Positions 14,274 through 28,241 of a stretch of 64,000 nucleotides of DNA are shown one piece after another. Below the pieces are notes generated by a model that was given only the letters and a program-made list of their open reading frames with translations, was not told the DNA's origin and did not search any database. Location of the stretch: assembly GCF_009914755.1 (NCBI RefSeq), contig NC_060926.1, one strand, 5' to 3'. Origin of the DNA: the human T2T-CHM13v2.0 reference genome, Homo sapiens. Both the position numbers and the translations under genes were made by a program. Every line of letters begins with the position of its first letter. The stretch's first letter is position 1.

Positions 14274-15189
14274 GAAAGTACGGAGAATTATTACATACTC
14301 ATGCCCAATTTTTCTGTGTGTTCTCATTTTTAATCTGGTGTTTTCTTCACAATTTTTCAGTGGTAAATAATTGTCTTAGAGTTTTACATGTAGAGTTAGA
14401 AGAAAAATGAAAGAGTCAGTCATCTGGATAATTCCAGATCAGAAAACAATTTTGTGTGAAAGCTATAGATAATTGAGACAGAATTTTTTTTGTGTGTGTG
14501 TGTGGCCTGGAGAGATTCCTATGATTGCCTTCTTCTTTCAGTTGAGTCTGTAGGTACAGTCATAACTATAGGTGTTTCGCATACTACTGTAATAGGATAC
14601 TGTATATCATTCAATATGAAGAATGTGGTTTTTTTTTGGAGGACTAAATTGCTTGGTTCTATATATCTTTTTCTTAAAAATAAAGTATATTGGCTTTTTT
14701 GCTATAAAAGCAATTCACATTGATTTGAGAATAGTAGAAAATATAGATAGGAAAAGAACAAAAGTACTGAAAGTTCACAACCTAAAGAAGGCCAAAATCA
14801 AAATTTTATTTATTTACATCTGGTCTTTTTACTATGTATATATTTTGGATCTGTTTGCTTAGTTTATGCAAATGGCATTCTTTTTTATGTTTCTTTATTT
14901 TTTTTAATTGTAAGCTTAATTTCCAGCCATGTCTATAAAAGCTGCTCTAAAATATCAGGGAAGTTAATGTTCAGTGTGGGTCATTGTAAGTAGACCATTT
15001 AGTCTATCTGGAGAAGAATTGTAGTTTTTGGAAGTCCACTTATTATGTTAGTTGGCCAGTGGTTAATGGTGCAGAGAAAATTTAAGATACCATCAATTGG
15101 AAAGAATATGGTAGAGACTTTCAAAGAGGAATGTAGTAGCTCATATATCAAGAGCCTCAAGCACAAAGACTCAGGTTACAAAGAGATTA

Positions 15190-15435
15190 ATTAATTATAA
15201 CATCATCCAAAATGGTAAAAAATGGGAAATTACCTAAATTTTCCACAACAGTGTAATGGTTAAATAATGTTACAACAAAATGATAAAATGTTATTTAAAT
15301 AGAAAAAAATCATGAAGAATTTTGATGACATAGAAAATGAGAAGGATGCTAATTAAAAAAATATATAGGAAATATAAAAAACTAGAAGGAAATTCACCAA
15401 AATTTGACAGTGATTATTTCTAGGTAGTAGAGATA
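15190..15435 (+). mobile_element. Old L1 (L1ME-like) 3' fragment
   Basis: AAAAACTAGAAGGAAATTCACCAAAATTTGACAGTGATTATTTCTAGGTAG resembles L1ME 3' ends. Confidence 0.5.
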
Positions 15436-15550
15436 ACTCTAATAATTGAAAAATGAAGGTCATCAGGTGATTTTTTTCTTTTTCTTCTTTTTTTTTTTTT
15501 TTTTGCCTAAAAAGGGATGGTCAAGTTTTTGAATTTAAGATTTTATTCTC

Positions 15551-15883
<333 letters not shown>

Positions 15884-16714
15884 TTTTATTCTCACTTCGT
15901 CTGTTTAGATTTGTTATATCAGAGCCTTTCTTTACTTATTAACAATCTCTTGTAGTAAACATGTGTAATCTGATTTCCCTCAACTTTCTCCAAACTCAAA
16001 TATCTACAAATCACCTTCATGTCTTCATACTATTTTGGAAAATAGTTTCTCCAGTTCTCAAATGTTACTGAGTGTATTTCCATGTCCCAGGAGCTTGGCA
16101 ATTTTTTTCTATCATAATTGGCAATACCAGGAATGGGCTAATTGCCTTTGGAGGTCAGAACTTCTTTAGTATTTTTATTTTTTTATTGGTCTTGGGTCAC
16201 TAGAAGGAACTGTTACTGTGTCCTGGCTGTGGCTAGCAGTGACAAGACTGTCTTTTGAGGGCGCTGCCAGGCTTAATTGCATCCAATATAGGGATCTTCA
16301 TCTGAGATTTGGAACAATGAATCTTCCATGCCAATTAAAGATGAGTTTAATATAGAGAATATGAAGTATGCCTAGCAGAGGAACAGTTTTACAGAGCCTC
16401 AGGATCCCATCTGCCTTTCTACAACACAGAATTGGACCCATACAAGCCCTTTATCATCTCTTCAAGCTAGGACATTCCAAAGAAACCAGGAGCAAAATAT
16501 GAGCATGGAGAGCTTTAGGCATATTCATTTCTCTCTTATTCTCTAAATATTTCTCAGTGTTTTCTAAAGGATTCTGAACATAAGGTATGTTTGCTGTTTG
16601 TCTCACAACACATAATTGATATGTTATCTAAGTCAAATAGTTTGGTAATTGACAGTGAATTTTTGCAATACTGAAAATAATCTCACTTCTTATACAAATA
16701 AAGAGTAATTGTGT

Positions 16715-16930
16715 CAAATTGAGTTTAAAAGCCAGTGCCTCTGCCTATTAGTTATGGGGCCCAAATCAAGTCAAATACTCCTCTGTAGATATTTCCTTAT
16801 CTGTGAAATGGGGATAATCATAGTATTTGCCTTACAGGTTTATTATGAGGAATACATGAGAGGATCCATATAAAACCCTCAGCAAAAGAGCTGGCAAATA
16901 ATCAGCACTTAATAAATGTTTTAGTTGTTA
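16715..16930 (+). mobile_element. MIR
   Basis: Core TTCCTTATCTGTGAAATGGGGATAAT and tail CAGCACTTAATAAATGTT. Confidence 0.75.
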
Positions 16931-17399
16931 TTAGTCATTAGAATCACATCTTCACACTCTTATTTTCAAACGAATAAAAAGGAACCATTGAGAAGGAAGA
17001 AATGGACATAGACATACATTTTCTCTGTGCCTTTCAGGTCACTTTGGCTTTGTTTTTATGGGATATCCATCTGTGGAGAAATGCCCTGGCTTACAATTAC
17101 AAGGGTCATTCCGCAGAAAGAAAAGTGCAGACTGTGGAACAGAGGGCTTAGTCATTTATTATTGTTAATGGTCTTTTGGCAATTTCCTTCATTCCTCAAG
17201 GCTTTTGTTTCCTTATCTAGAAAGAAAGAGTCTGAAAAGCAAACAGGCAAATACAATGCAATGTGATGACTGGGAAGAGATAGGAGGCCCATGTTGGACA
17301 CAATAGGACTTAGGCCCAGACTCCGGGTGGAAGGTGGGGAGTGAAGACCTCCATTTAAAACGGGTGAAATAACAGATACCTATACACACTTATGAAGTA

Positions 17400-17650
17400 A
17401 TAAGATCACAGGCTTGGGAGTTTGAATGTCTTGGTTCAAATCCTATTTTCGTTTGTTTTCCTTTTTTCCTATCTGTGACCACGGGCAACTTATTAACCTT
17501 TATGCCTGTCTGGCACACAGTAAGTACTCAATAAACTATAGCTATTTTAAACTAATGTGTGTCATGAGTAAAAGAGTTTTAAATGTGAAGTCTTTGTTTA
17601 GCCAAGTTCCTGGCACATAGTAAGTGCTCAATAAATGAAAGTGGCTGTTA
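17400..17650 (+). mobile_element. MIR fragments with two consecutive 3' tails
   Basis: CTGGCACACAGTAAGTACTCAATAAA at about 17510 and CTGGCACATAGTAAGTGCTCAATAAATG at about 17610. Confidence 0.65.
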
Positions 17651-18799
17651 TATTATTTTCATTCTCAGAGGAAGGCTATCTGAAGCCGATACATGAAATA
17701 TGAACATGAATTAGCCAAAGACAAAAGCAGAAGAGTATTCCATGCTGGACCAATAGACACAAAAAACTTAGACGGGAGAGAGAGCATGGCTTGTGGGGGA
17801 ACTAGTTGTGCCTGGAGCAGGCTAGAGGGCATGGATTGAGGAGTGTGGTCCATGCCATAGGAGCTATTGTACAGTCCCGCTGCAAAGGCGGCACCCACTA
17901 ACCATCACCTGCTATGCTCTCACCTATGGGCAGTCCCACTGCCAGGCTTGTTTTAGCCTCTGAGCGTGTGTCATTGCTGGCATTTTGTGGAAGACAGTCA
18001 ATTGTATTCAGTAATGAATTTTTTTTAAAGGCTTGCATAGTTGAAGGAGCTCTAGACAGAAGCCAGGGAGAAGATTACAGGGTCAGTAAAGATACACTTC
18101 ATTTTGACAATTTACAAAGGAAACAAAAGCCATGGTGTGTCTATTGCTAATAAAATAATCTCTCCTTCCATGAAATCTTAGAAATGGATTTTTTGTCTTG
18201 ACAAAATAAATATATATTAGGTTTAGGTCATTTCTCAAACTAAAGGCAATATTAAAATTGTAATTTGAATTACTTATTAATAACAACAAATCTTATGACT
18301 TGAAGTGTATCTCATCTCTTAGAAACAGAGTTGCTGACTCAATGTGATCTATTCTGATGGAAACAAGTTTGTTATAATAAGATAATATCCATATTCCTCT
18401 TTTCAAAAATAACTATGTTTTTATGTTTGATGGAATGATGAGATTCTGTAATACACTGGAAAAAATGCATGGTATTCATTCATTGTGGCAGTATATCATA
18501 ATTACTCAGCTTTTATCATTAATAACAGAAGATTGTGAATAAAAACATACTAATATCCACCAGATGTTCAGAAAAACATAAATATCCCCACATGTCAGCA
18601 CTTTTAGCAGAAACTCAACAAAATTTTCTCTACTTCTTTTTTCCTTTTTTAGTTTCCTGAACATGTTCTTTTGATACGATATTTTTAATCCTCATTAGGG
18701 ATTTGTTTGGGTTCCTTTAATATCTGCCACAAGAGACTGTATAGTTTCGGATGTAGCCAGTATGCATCTTGCTACCTTTTCCCTGTTACTCAATTTATC

Positions 18800-19020
18800 G
18801 AGAGGCAGGCCGGTATAATGGAAAGCGATCGGCCAGCTTTGTGGTCAAAGGGATCTCAGTTTATACATACTCTCAGCTTCTTAAATAGGTGGGTGGCCTT
18901 GGAAAAATTGCTTAATCTTTCTGAGCCTAAATTTCTTTATCTTTGTAATGGTGATAATAATTCTTTCATTGAAAAGTCATTTCAAAGAGAAGCACTAATA
19001 AAATTGCCAAGCATTCAGCC
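18800..19020 (+). mobile_element. MIR
   Basis: GTGGCCTTGGAAAAATTGCTTAATCTTTCTGAGCCTAAATTTCTTTATCTTTGTAATGG core. Confidence 0.7.
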
Positions 19021-20388
19021 CTATTAAAAAAAAAAAAGCAATTATATTGATCTATCTGAAGACCACCCTGATTTCTTGCTTTCCTTTGACTATTGAATTT
19101 TCCTTTTTCTTCCCCATTGATACCTTAAGCTTACTAAAATGTCTTTTTCTCTAAAATACAAGTATTGCCCTTCAGTTATCATTCTAGAAGCTTATTTTCT
19201 CAGCCTGAGCTCCCTTATAAATATGCTATATAAGGGCCAGGGCAGGCTTTGGTATGCTTTTTAGCACCTAAAATGAAATTGTGGTGCAGGCACCCCTGGT
19301 AGATTGCAGTCAGCTCTTCCTGGTAGGGAAACATAACTCCCACATGGACTGCATGAAATGGTCAGTAAAAATTACATAAAATAATTTATTAAGATTTTTT
19401 TCTTCTTATGGTGAATTCCGTAGCCTCAACTTGGAAAGCAGCAAATGGCCTATTGTAAAAATAATACCAGGGCACCTCGTCTCCAGGAATGGGCTGCCTA
19501 TTCAAGTGAGGCCAATTAACTCCTCCAGGAGCTGGGAGAACCATACAATGTAGGAAAAATATAGTTTAATTGAATGGTACTCTGGTCTTCTGGAGGAAAA
19601 ATTCATTTAATACAAGGAGTTATTTATCCCTATATGGTAGTTTACATATTAGGATTTACCGGAGAAATGTTCCCAAAGTGACCGTCTTGTATATGGGCAA
19701 TGAAACAAATATGAAATAGGAAAGAGGTAAAAATTAAATCTTTTCTTCTTTTGGCTTAACCTTTAGGACCCCACCTGAAAAACAATTCCGGCATAGAGGC
19801 TAAGTGTAGGAGACCTCACGAAGCCTTTGGTTTTCATGTCACTGTTTAGAAAGGAAGCAAATACTTGATAGGAAGTTCTCAGTTTTTTGATCTGTGAATC
19901 CCTTTTCTTCCAGCTGATTCATTTCTATTGCCATTCAAACACTGTGGGATTTGATTTCATTTAGGTTTGGATTTTGGCCAGGTGGTCTTTGACCTGGAGT
20001 GCCACAACTGTATTAAGAGGTAGTAAAGATGTGCTTTTCTATATCTTGAGTCACTGCTATTCTATTAGTTTACTTTACTTTGATAGAGAAATTGGCTAAT
20101 GCTATACAAACTCTCCCCTTCCCTGGAATTCAGAGAGCAGCTTATTTATATGTAGATGTAGCTATATGACATTTTCAAATGCCATACATTTGCATATGAA
20201 GGTCTCTTTTTTCCCCTCTCAGTAAACAGGCTGTGCTATTACTTCCAAAGCAATGTTTGGAATTATATTTTCTATACAAGTTCTTCCTTAAAATGTTTTT
20301 TAAATGCCCAGTAGAGATAAAAAAAAAAAATTAAACCCTCTAACTAGGATCCATTTTGTCAGGAGTGAAAATTTTTAATTTATGATTA

Positions 20389-20442
20389 ATATATATCTAT
20401 ATATATCTCTATCTATCTATCGATCTATCTATCTATCTATAT
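20389..20442 (+). repeat. (TA)n/(TCTA)n microsatellite
   Basis: Directly visible. Confidence 0.9.
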
Positions 20443-20597
20443 GTTTTAGCACCTGTATGTGTCTTTGCATTATAAGTTGGTTAAATAATATTAGTATGGT
20501 TAGAATTTCTTGAGAAGAAAGCAAAGAGATATTAATTTGGTATGGAGCTTCCTTTAAAATTTTATGTAGTTTGGTTTCTAGAGAGGTAGCTCTCAGT

Positions 20598-20965
20598 CTT
20601 ATTCGTTTACTCAACAAATAATTACTGAGAGTCTACTATTTGTCAGGCATTCTTTTAGGCACTGCATTTACAGGGAGGAGCAAGACAAATTCCCTGCCCT
20701 CATGGAGTTTCTATTATGAGAAAAGATGACATAAAATAAAAAGGTAAAAGCATAAATACATAAATAAATCTGCTCACATTAAACACAGTGAAGGAAATAA
20801 TACACTATTGGCAGAGAGAATGCATGGAGTGACATGGACAGGAAAGAGAGTGGCCCAGCAGCCCTACCCTGGAAGGTGTGAAGGGCAGGCCAGGAGACGA
20901 TGAGGAAGCACATCTTTGTGAGCACAGAAAACAACCAGGGCATATTGTGTTAGGCCCCAGTGTAC
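20598..20965 (-). mobile_element. L2 3' end
   Basis: TTCGTTTACTCAACAAATAATTACTGAGAGTCTACTATTTGTCAGGCATT...CCCTGCCCTCATGGAG. Confidence 0.7.
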
Positions 20966-21239
20966 AGAAAAATAAGTGTTGCAACAGGAACAACATTTTA
21001 AAATACAACTCTCACAGTGAAATCATTATTCATCTGGCATTAAAGAAAAACATGAAGCAAGAAGAAAGGAAGAAAACAAAGGAGAAAGAAGCTAATGAGT
21101 GTTTTCACAATTTCCATCTGCTTCCAGGGCTTCTTGTTATTTGTCCCATGGTTACCCAGGTATTTATTTGGTCATCTTTGCTTTTTCCTCCACTTGAATT
21201 CACTGCCACCCCCAGCGTCTGCCTCTACTTGAGGGTTAC

Positions 21240-22140
21240 CACATAATCATTTCCATGCCCTCTTCTCTCCAGACCTCCAGTCATCTATGTTGATGAAGAC
21301 ATCAACATAGAAATGAACATATTCATTATTTGGCCCCGAGTCCTACTCTTCCTGATACTTTTTTCCCTATCTATCTTAGGGAATGGAACTGTCATTCATC
21401 TAGGCAGCCAGATGAACCAGGAACCTTCGTATTTTTCCTGACTTTCCACTTCTCTTTGCCTGGTCAGTTAGCAAATCTGGTAACCTTTTATCTCCTAAAT
21501 CCAACTAAAATCTATGTATTTCTCTCTGTTGCTACCATCATCCACAACACTCATTCTTCATTGTTATGACCGTAGTCTTCTAATTAATCTTGCCTAATGC
21601 CCTCCCTCTCTAGCCTGTTCTTCACTCTGCTGCCAGGGTTTTTTTTTTTATTTAATAAAAAATACGACATGATTTAAAATACCTTAGTGACTCCCCTATT
21701 GAGCAGAAGATAAATTTTAACTTCTATTGCAAATGAGGAAAGAGACTTAATTGAAGCAACAAACTACTACTCTCACTTAGCTCCAGTTGCTCCACTTTTT
21801 CATTCCATGCTTTAGCCATGAAACTATTTGTCATTCCCTGGGCATTCCCACTCACTGAAGCCTCTTTGCCTTTTAAATGTTGTTCCCTATGTCTATAACA
21901 TTTTTTTCTCTTCTCTGCCAGGCACACTCAATGCAAACACTACCATTTTCTGAAACACTCTTGACTTCCCTTGTTGCCAGTTATAGTTACACACATCAGC
22001 TGGAATCCCTGTTCTATTGCATCAACATTTCTGAGCTATGCTTTCCTCATTATACCTGATCCCCAGGCAGGTTGTGAAGAGATGAGATAGCGTGTTGTAT
22101 ATATAATGCATGACACAAAGTAAATGCAAAATTAAATGTG
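21240..22140 (+). mobile_element. L2 3' region
   Basis: CACTCTGCTGCCAGGG...AAAATACCTTAGTGACTCCCCTATTG...CCTCTTTGCCTTT pattern. Confidence 0.55.
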
Positions 22141-25100
22141 TTTCTATTATTTCTACTTTAGCATTCTTAATGCTTTATTTTCTATTTGCCATAAAAGTTA
22201 TTTGAATAATTATAATTTGGCATATGTGTATTTGTTTGAGTAACATGGGTTTCTGAATATAAAGTTAGAGAAGCTTGGGTGCAGTTTGCCCCTGAATTTC
22301 CTTATTTCCAAAAAGTCATAACAAATATTACCAGCATCGGTAATACATTTATCAATCCTCATAAGGAAATTACTAATTAAAATTCTGATCCCAACTAGCT
22401 AATTAAATCATAAGCTCCCTAAGCCCCTTCATCTTCCACATGAATAGATTTCGTAGGTCTTAGGTTGCTTTGTTATATCTGCCGCTTTGAAGTCCTGGAT
22501 ACCAGCAAGCCTAAGAACCAGGACACGTGACTTTATGAATGTCACAGTTAAACTCAAGTCACTTGATACTGTCTGAAAATCACTGGTACTTTTCTAGGCT
22601 TACAATTTATCATTTTGATGGTTTGGGCCAGCAACGTTGACTACAGCAACAACAATTCTGAAGAGACACTCTGAATTTGCTACCCATTTTCAGGATTCTA
22701 CCATATTTATGCAAATTCTGGGAAAAGTCATTATTTACCAAGGACTGAGCACTTCAGTCCATGGCTTTATGTGTCATTATTGTACAAATTAATAGAAAGG
22801 TAGGCTATTATATGAAACAGACATTAGAGATTATCTATCTAAGATCTGTAATTTACAGATAAGAAAACAAAGACTCACGGAGGTTATGGTCAAATGTAAT
22901 ACCTAATACAGGTCTTCCTCCTGAGGATTAGTGTATAGCAACAACTAGAACCAAGGGTGCATTAAATCTCAGTTCTGAGATTTTCCCATCTACATGGAAA
23001 TGCCTCACTTCTAAGATATTATAACCTGTTTCACAGGTGTTAGCACAAGACAATGAAAACAGGCAAAAAAAAAAAAAAAAGTCAAAGAGCATGGAGAAAG
23101 TTACACTAGTTTCAAAATTACATTAGATGTAAAATACAAATGTTAAAAAGTGACTTGACACCAGTGAACAATTTGACTGACTAGCTAGTTTTAGAAGTTA
23201 TGAGTTTTATACTAAGAATAATAGATGAGACATACCAAGATATTGCTTGAGTTTCTCATGCTACATCATATTTTTCTATCAAAATTTCCATTTCATTTTA
23301 AATTTTGAATGTAATATAATATTACTAGGCATTTGAGTATGTACAGTTTTATCAGAACAGCTCTTCTTTGACTCCTTAATTTTAAAAGTTTTGTTTATTT
23401 GTAAGGTGTGTTTTAACCTCTTAGAACAATTTCCCAAGATAGAAATATGGTGGATTTTATAATAAAAGTCATTAGAAACAATAATTCATTTACCAGAAAT
23501 AAGATTGAGGTGGAGCTTGCAGTAGAAATGGGAGTCCGAAATGTCTGCATATTCTATGAAGCATGAGGGGACACCGAGTGTAGCAATTTATTGGTGGGAA
23601 CTCTGGCCTCCAGTAGGATTCTACTGTCTCCTATTTGACAGTTTCAAAAACATCCTACACTCTAATGCTTTAAAAACACAATGCAAAAGAGGAATGACCA
23701 ATAATAGACAATGGTAGATCAGGATAATATTACAAATTGGATGAACTGACAGGCAGGTGGTGAATAATTTTAACATGACCCTAAAAATAGTGGAAGGATG
23801 TTTGCACATTGACACTTCTCTAAAGGCAGATGGATATGCATGACCTGAGTTTTTAGACAGGTGTCAGGAATATTGATGGGTAGTACAAGGATGATCATTT
23901 TCTTGGCACTGTTGCAGTAGACAGTTTCCATGATTAATGATGCATCTTAGCCTTTTTTTTTTTTTTCTCCTGGGGCAAAAAGGGATATGAACCTTTGTTA
24001 CTCCAAGGAATGTAAGAATTTTGCCTGAAGGCTAAGGCAGGAGAACTTTAGTCACCTAAAAGCACCATATGCTTTCTACAGGTGAAGAAATAGTGGTAAA
24101 ATATGCAAGTGCTCTTGATATATAAGATGACAGTGCCTGGTAGAATGATTATAACATGCCTCTTATTAAGAGGGGTCTACCCCAGGGCATAGGAGCCTTG
24201 CACAGCTCTGAAGTACAGAGCCCAGTAAACCTGGGCTCTGACAAAAGTGACAGCAAACTGTGGCTCTGGGATACATCTGAACACATACAATGTTTGAATG
24301 AATATTAAGAACCACTCAAAGGAAACAGAACAGGACTAAAGCAGGAAATAAGAGGTGAGATCATCTGCCTAATGTTTATATTCATTTCAAGTTTTTAGAG
24401 ACAATTTTCTGATTCAAATCAATTCAATATCGTTTCTAAATGGTGAATCCAGTGAGAAAGAACTTTTCTTTTCCAAGAATAATATTGTTTGTTCAGCTTT
24501 TTAAAATGTCACATACAGCAATGAATGAACTATGCTATTTCAAGGCTCAAAATGTAATCCAAAGTCGAATAATAGTTTGTATGTATTCTGCTAAACCCTA
24601 GTAGTCCATCTGCTGAAAATATTATGTTAATTAAAGGTAATATAAGCTATGGAGGTAAACTTCGTAAGTTCTTTTTTTCTTTTATTTTTCTTTTTAAAGT
24701 AATAAAGGGCACTGTTGGAAATCAAGTCCAGTGAAAAAATTTTGTTAATTAAAAAAATGAATTTCCTTTTTATACAAGGGATATTAGCTATTGGATTAGG
24801 TGATCAAGAAAACTTAGAAAATCTGTTTTTCCAAAGTTAATCTAAGTTTCTCCAAATAAATTTAAAAACAGGATAAAGTCTCATATATATGATGGGAGGG
24901 GTTAGAATTTAATCTTCCTGAACCCCAGTAACTACATTGGTGACTTCCTTACTTTCTGTTTACCCAGAGAGAGAACAAGAGCTACAACGTAAAATCCTTC
25001 CTTTGATGATACTAGAAAAGTTTATGTTTCTATTCATTGAGAAAAAAATCTCAATGAAATCCCTGAAATGAGGGAATGAAATGTAGGAACGATGGGGTAA

Positions 25101-27140
25101 CATGCTCTTAACATTTTAAACTCATAAATTTAATGGGCATTACTATTACATTCAAATTATATAATAGATTTCTTTTCTAAGGCTAAATAATATCATCTTA
25201 GACTAACATAGTATACTTTGTGCACACATTCTGAAACATTCTAAACATGTTGAGCCCAATAAACTCGTCCATTAGTTAGAAACCCATTAGGGGAGGGGAA
25301 AAAAACTCATTGTAATAATATGAACAGTTGCTCCAAAGAGCCCTTATCCTTTTGGGAAATGGAGTTTGAATGAGATTTAAGCCAATCAGTGGGGAACAGA
25401 ACTACGTGGAGCATAAATTTGAAGCTTTATATATATATTAACATATATCAAAAAAGAGTCCATCATCCTTATCATCTAATTTTTAAAAATATTACCCAGT
25501 TAATATACTGATACACAAAAATGGGAAAATAAAAATGTAGAATTTAAAAATCTTCAGTCTGAATTTTGTTAAGATTAGATCAAATTATGCTATCCAAATG
25601 AAACAATTACTTCTATCTAGAAAATATGAATTTGATGACAATATGAAAAACACTTAGAATGAGGCATATCCATATCCTAAATCTTTGTCAATAATAATCT
25701 CTTACAATTCCATAGTGAGTTATATCTCACAAAGGGCTTTAATATCTGAAACATAGGAAAAAGGAAAAAAAAGAGATGTAGATACAATATTTTACAGATT
25801 CTCAGAGAAGTTATATAACATTTATAAATTTAGGAGCTAGGTATAGAATTTAGTTTTTTTGATAATTTGTCCCAAGTATTTTTCACAAAACCAAAACATT
25901 TCAGTAGGAACTAACAAATCACATATGGAATAACATTCACAAAATAGGTTATAAATAATTGTATATTATTTCACCAGTCTGTATCAGAGGGATTTACCTC
26001 AGTTTTTCTTTTAATGACTTTTAGCATAAAACTAGTGAAGATAAAAAACAAAACAACTGTTCCATCTTTCAGAGATAGTCTGTTTTCACAAGACATTGTA
26101 AGTTTTCTGAAACATTAACACAAATTTATCAGACAACTTATTAACCAACTCCTCCTTCTTAGATATTTTTCCCAGTAAAAGAGCAATGGTGCACATACTG
26201 TATGAATAGGTAGTAGTGTAATCTAAGACAGAAAATAACATTGCTGTGAAAGTTATTCATTTGTTTCAATACTACAGTAATTATTGTGGCAAAGTCTTGC
26301 TCGTTTATCATTTCCTGTTGTCTTTGCTATTTTTTCAAGCTGTCTTTTTAAACAAATATCCTCACTGTCCTTGTTGCAAGACCAATAACTTTATTTCAGT
26401 AGGTAAGACAGCACACCAATACAATCAGGTCTATTCCTGTTCCAAGGAGGGTCTGTTACTTGGAGCCACCTAACAGTATTGCACATTCCTGTCCTTCCCA
26501 GAAGAATGTGACACAGTGTATCTGGGTACTAAGTTGCCATTTAAGAACCTCTTCAGGTTCCCCGTCTCCTTGAGCTATGAAAGTTTTCATGAACACTTCA
26601 GTTTTAATGGCATGCCAAACATTTTGTTCCATGAGCAACGCAACAGTTTTAAAAATTGCCATTGAGTGTTTTAATAGAATTTAGCCAGTTGTTTTTAAAT
26701 ATATTTCTATGAGCCAAGGCTTACAAAAATGTATAAAGAGGAAGTGCCCAGATATAAAGAAGCTTTGAAATGGTTGCTGTTGCCTCCTTAAAAATCATCA
26801 TTAAACAATCTTTCAAACAGTCAGTGTTTGGCTCAGTAATTTAATCAAAATTTGTAAGAAGTAGCTAGAATGAACAAAAGGATGACATGGCTTTGAACAG
26901 AAGAAAAGCAGGGACCCAAGTTATGCAAATACTAGTTAGGAATACTGAATAAGATAAGCGATCCAATTATGTCTGTGAGACTTTCCTCAATAACCTATAA
27001 CTAAAAGAAAAACAACTTCTTTAGCCAGATGAATTTTCATCATTCTAATGAGCCTTTGTAGAGACAGATATTGCCTCTTATTTGTGAAACCTCACATTTC
27101 TATTTTGGGACAACTATCTTTTTTTTTTTTTTTTAAGTGG

Positions 27141-27442
27141 GGCCGAGTGTGGTAGCTCACGCCTGTAATCCCAGCACTTTGGGAGGCCAACGTGGGCAGA
27201 TCACAAGGTCAGGAGTTTGAGACCAGCCTGACCAACATGGTAAAACCATGTATCTACTAAAAATACAAAAATTAGCCAGGCATGGTGGCGCATGCCTGTA
27301 ATCCCAGCTACTCAGGAGGCTGAGGCAGGAGAATCACTAGAACCAGGGAAGCAGAGGTTGCCGTGAGCTGACATGGTGTCACTGCACTCCAGGCTGGGCG
27401 ACAGAGTGAGACTCCGTCTCAGAAAAAAAAAAAAAAAAAAAA
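27141..27442 (+). mobile_element. AluS (Sg-like), full-length
   Basis: GATCACAAGGTCAGGAGTTTGAGACCAGCC (2-nt deletion of the Sg/Sc/Y branch), poly(A) tail, preceded by a T16 run. Confidence 0.92.
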
Positions 27443-27625
27443 GTGTGTTTGAAGCAGCAAGATGAAATGACTGAGCTGGTGATCTTCATTCTGGGATTTT
27501 GTCTCCTTTTGGGGAACGGGAGAATTCAAGAATGATTAGGCAGGCCAACTCTGGACTCCACAATACCTCCTAACTTCTAGACCTCATCTAATATGTACTT
27601 TCCCCTAATCCCTAGCACCAAAAAG

Positions 27626-27859
27626 CAGGATTTTAAACACAACACGATTGACATTCTGGCTGGATAATGTTGTCCTGTGCATTGTAGGATGTATAGCCGT
27701 ATATCTGGCCTCCACCCACTAGATGCCAGCAGTACTTACCCCTGCCCCTTCCCCAGACAATCAAAAATGTCTCCAGATAATGCCAATGTCCCCTGAATGG
27801 GAGGTGGGAGGGAAATGAGGAGGAGGAAGGTTGGTAGAGGCAAAATTGAGAACTGCTGC
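27626..27859 (-). mobile_element. MER20 hAT-Charlie DNA transposon
   Basis: TGTCCTGTGCATTGTAGGATGT...CTGGCCTCCACCCACTAGATGCCAG...AAAAATGTCTCCAGA...GTCCCCTG...TTGAGAACTGCTG matches the reverse of MER20. Confidence 0.85.
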
Positions 27860-27908
27860 CATAAGGTGATGGTCAACAATTTTCCCTCAATCATGATTTC
27901 TGAACTAA

Positions 27909-28241
<333 letters not shown>

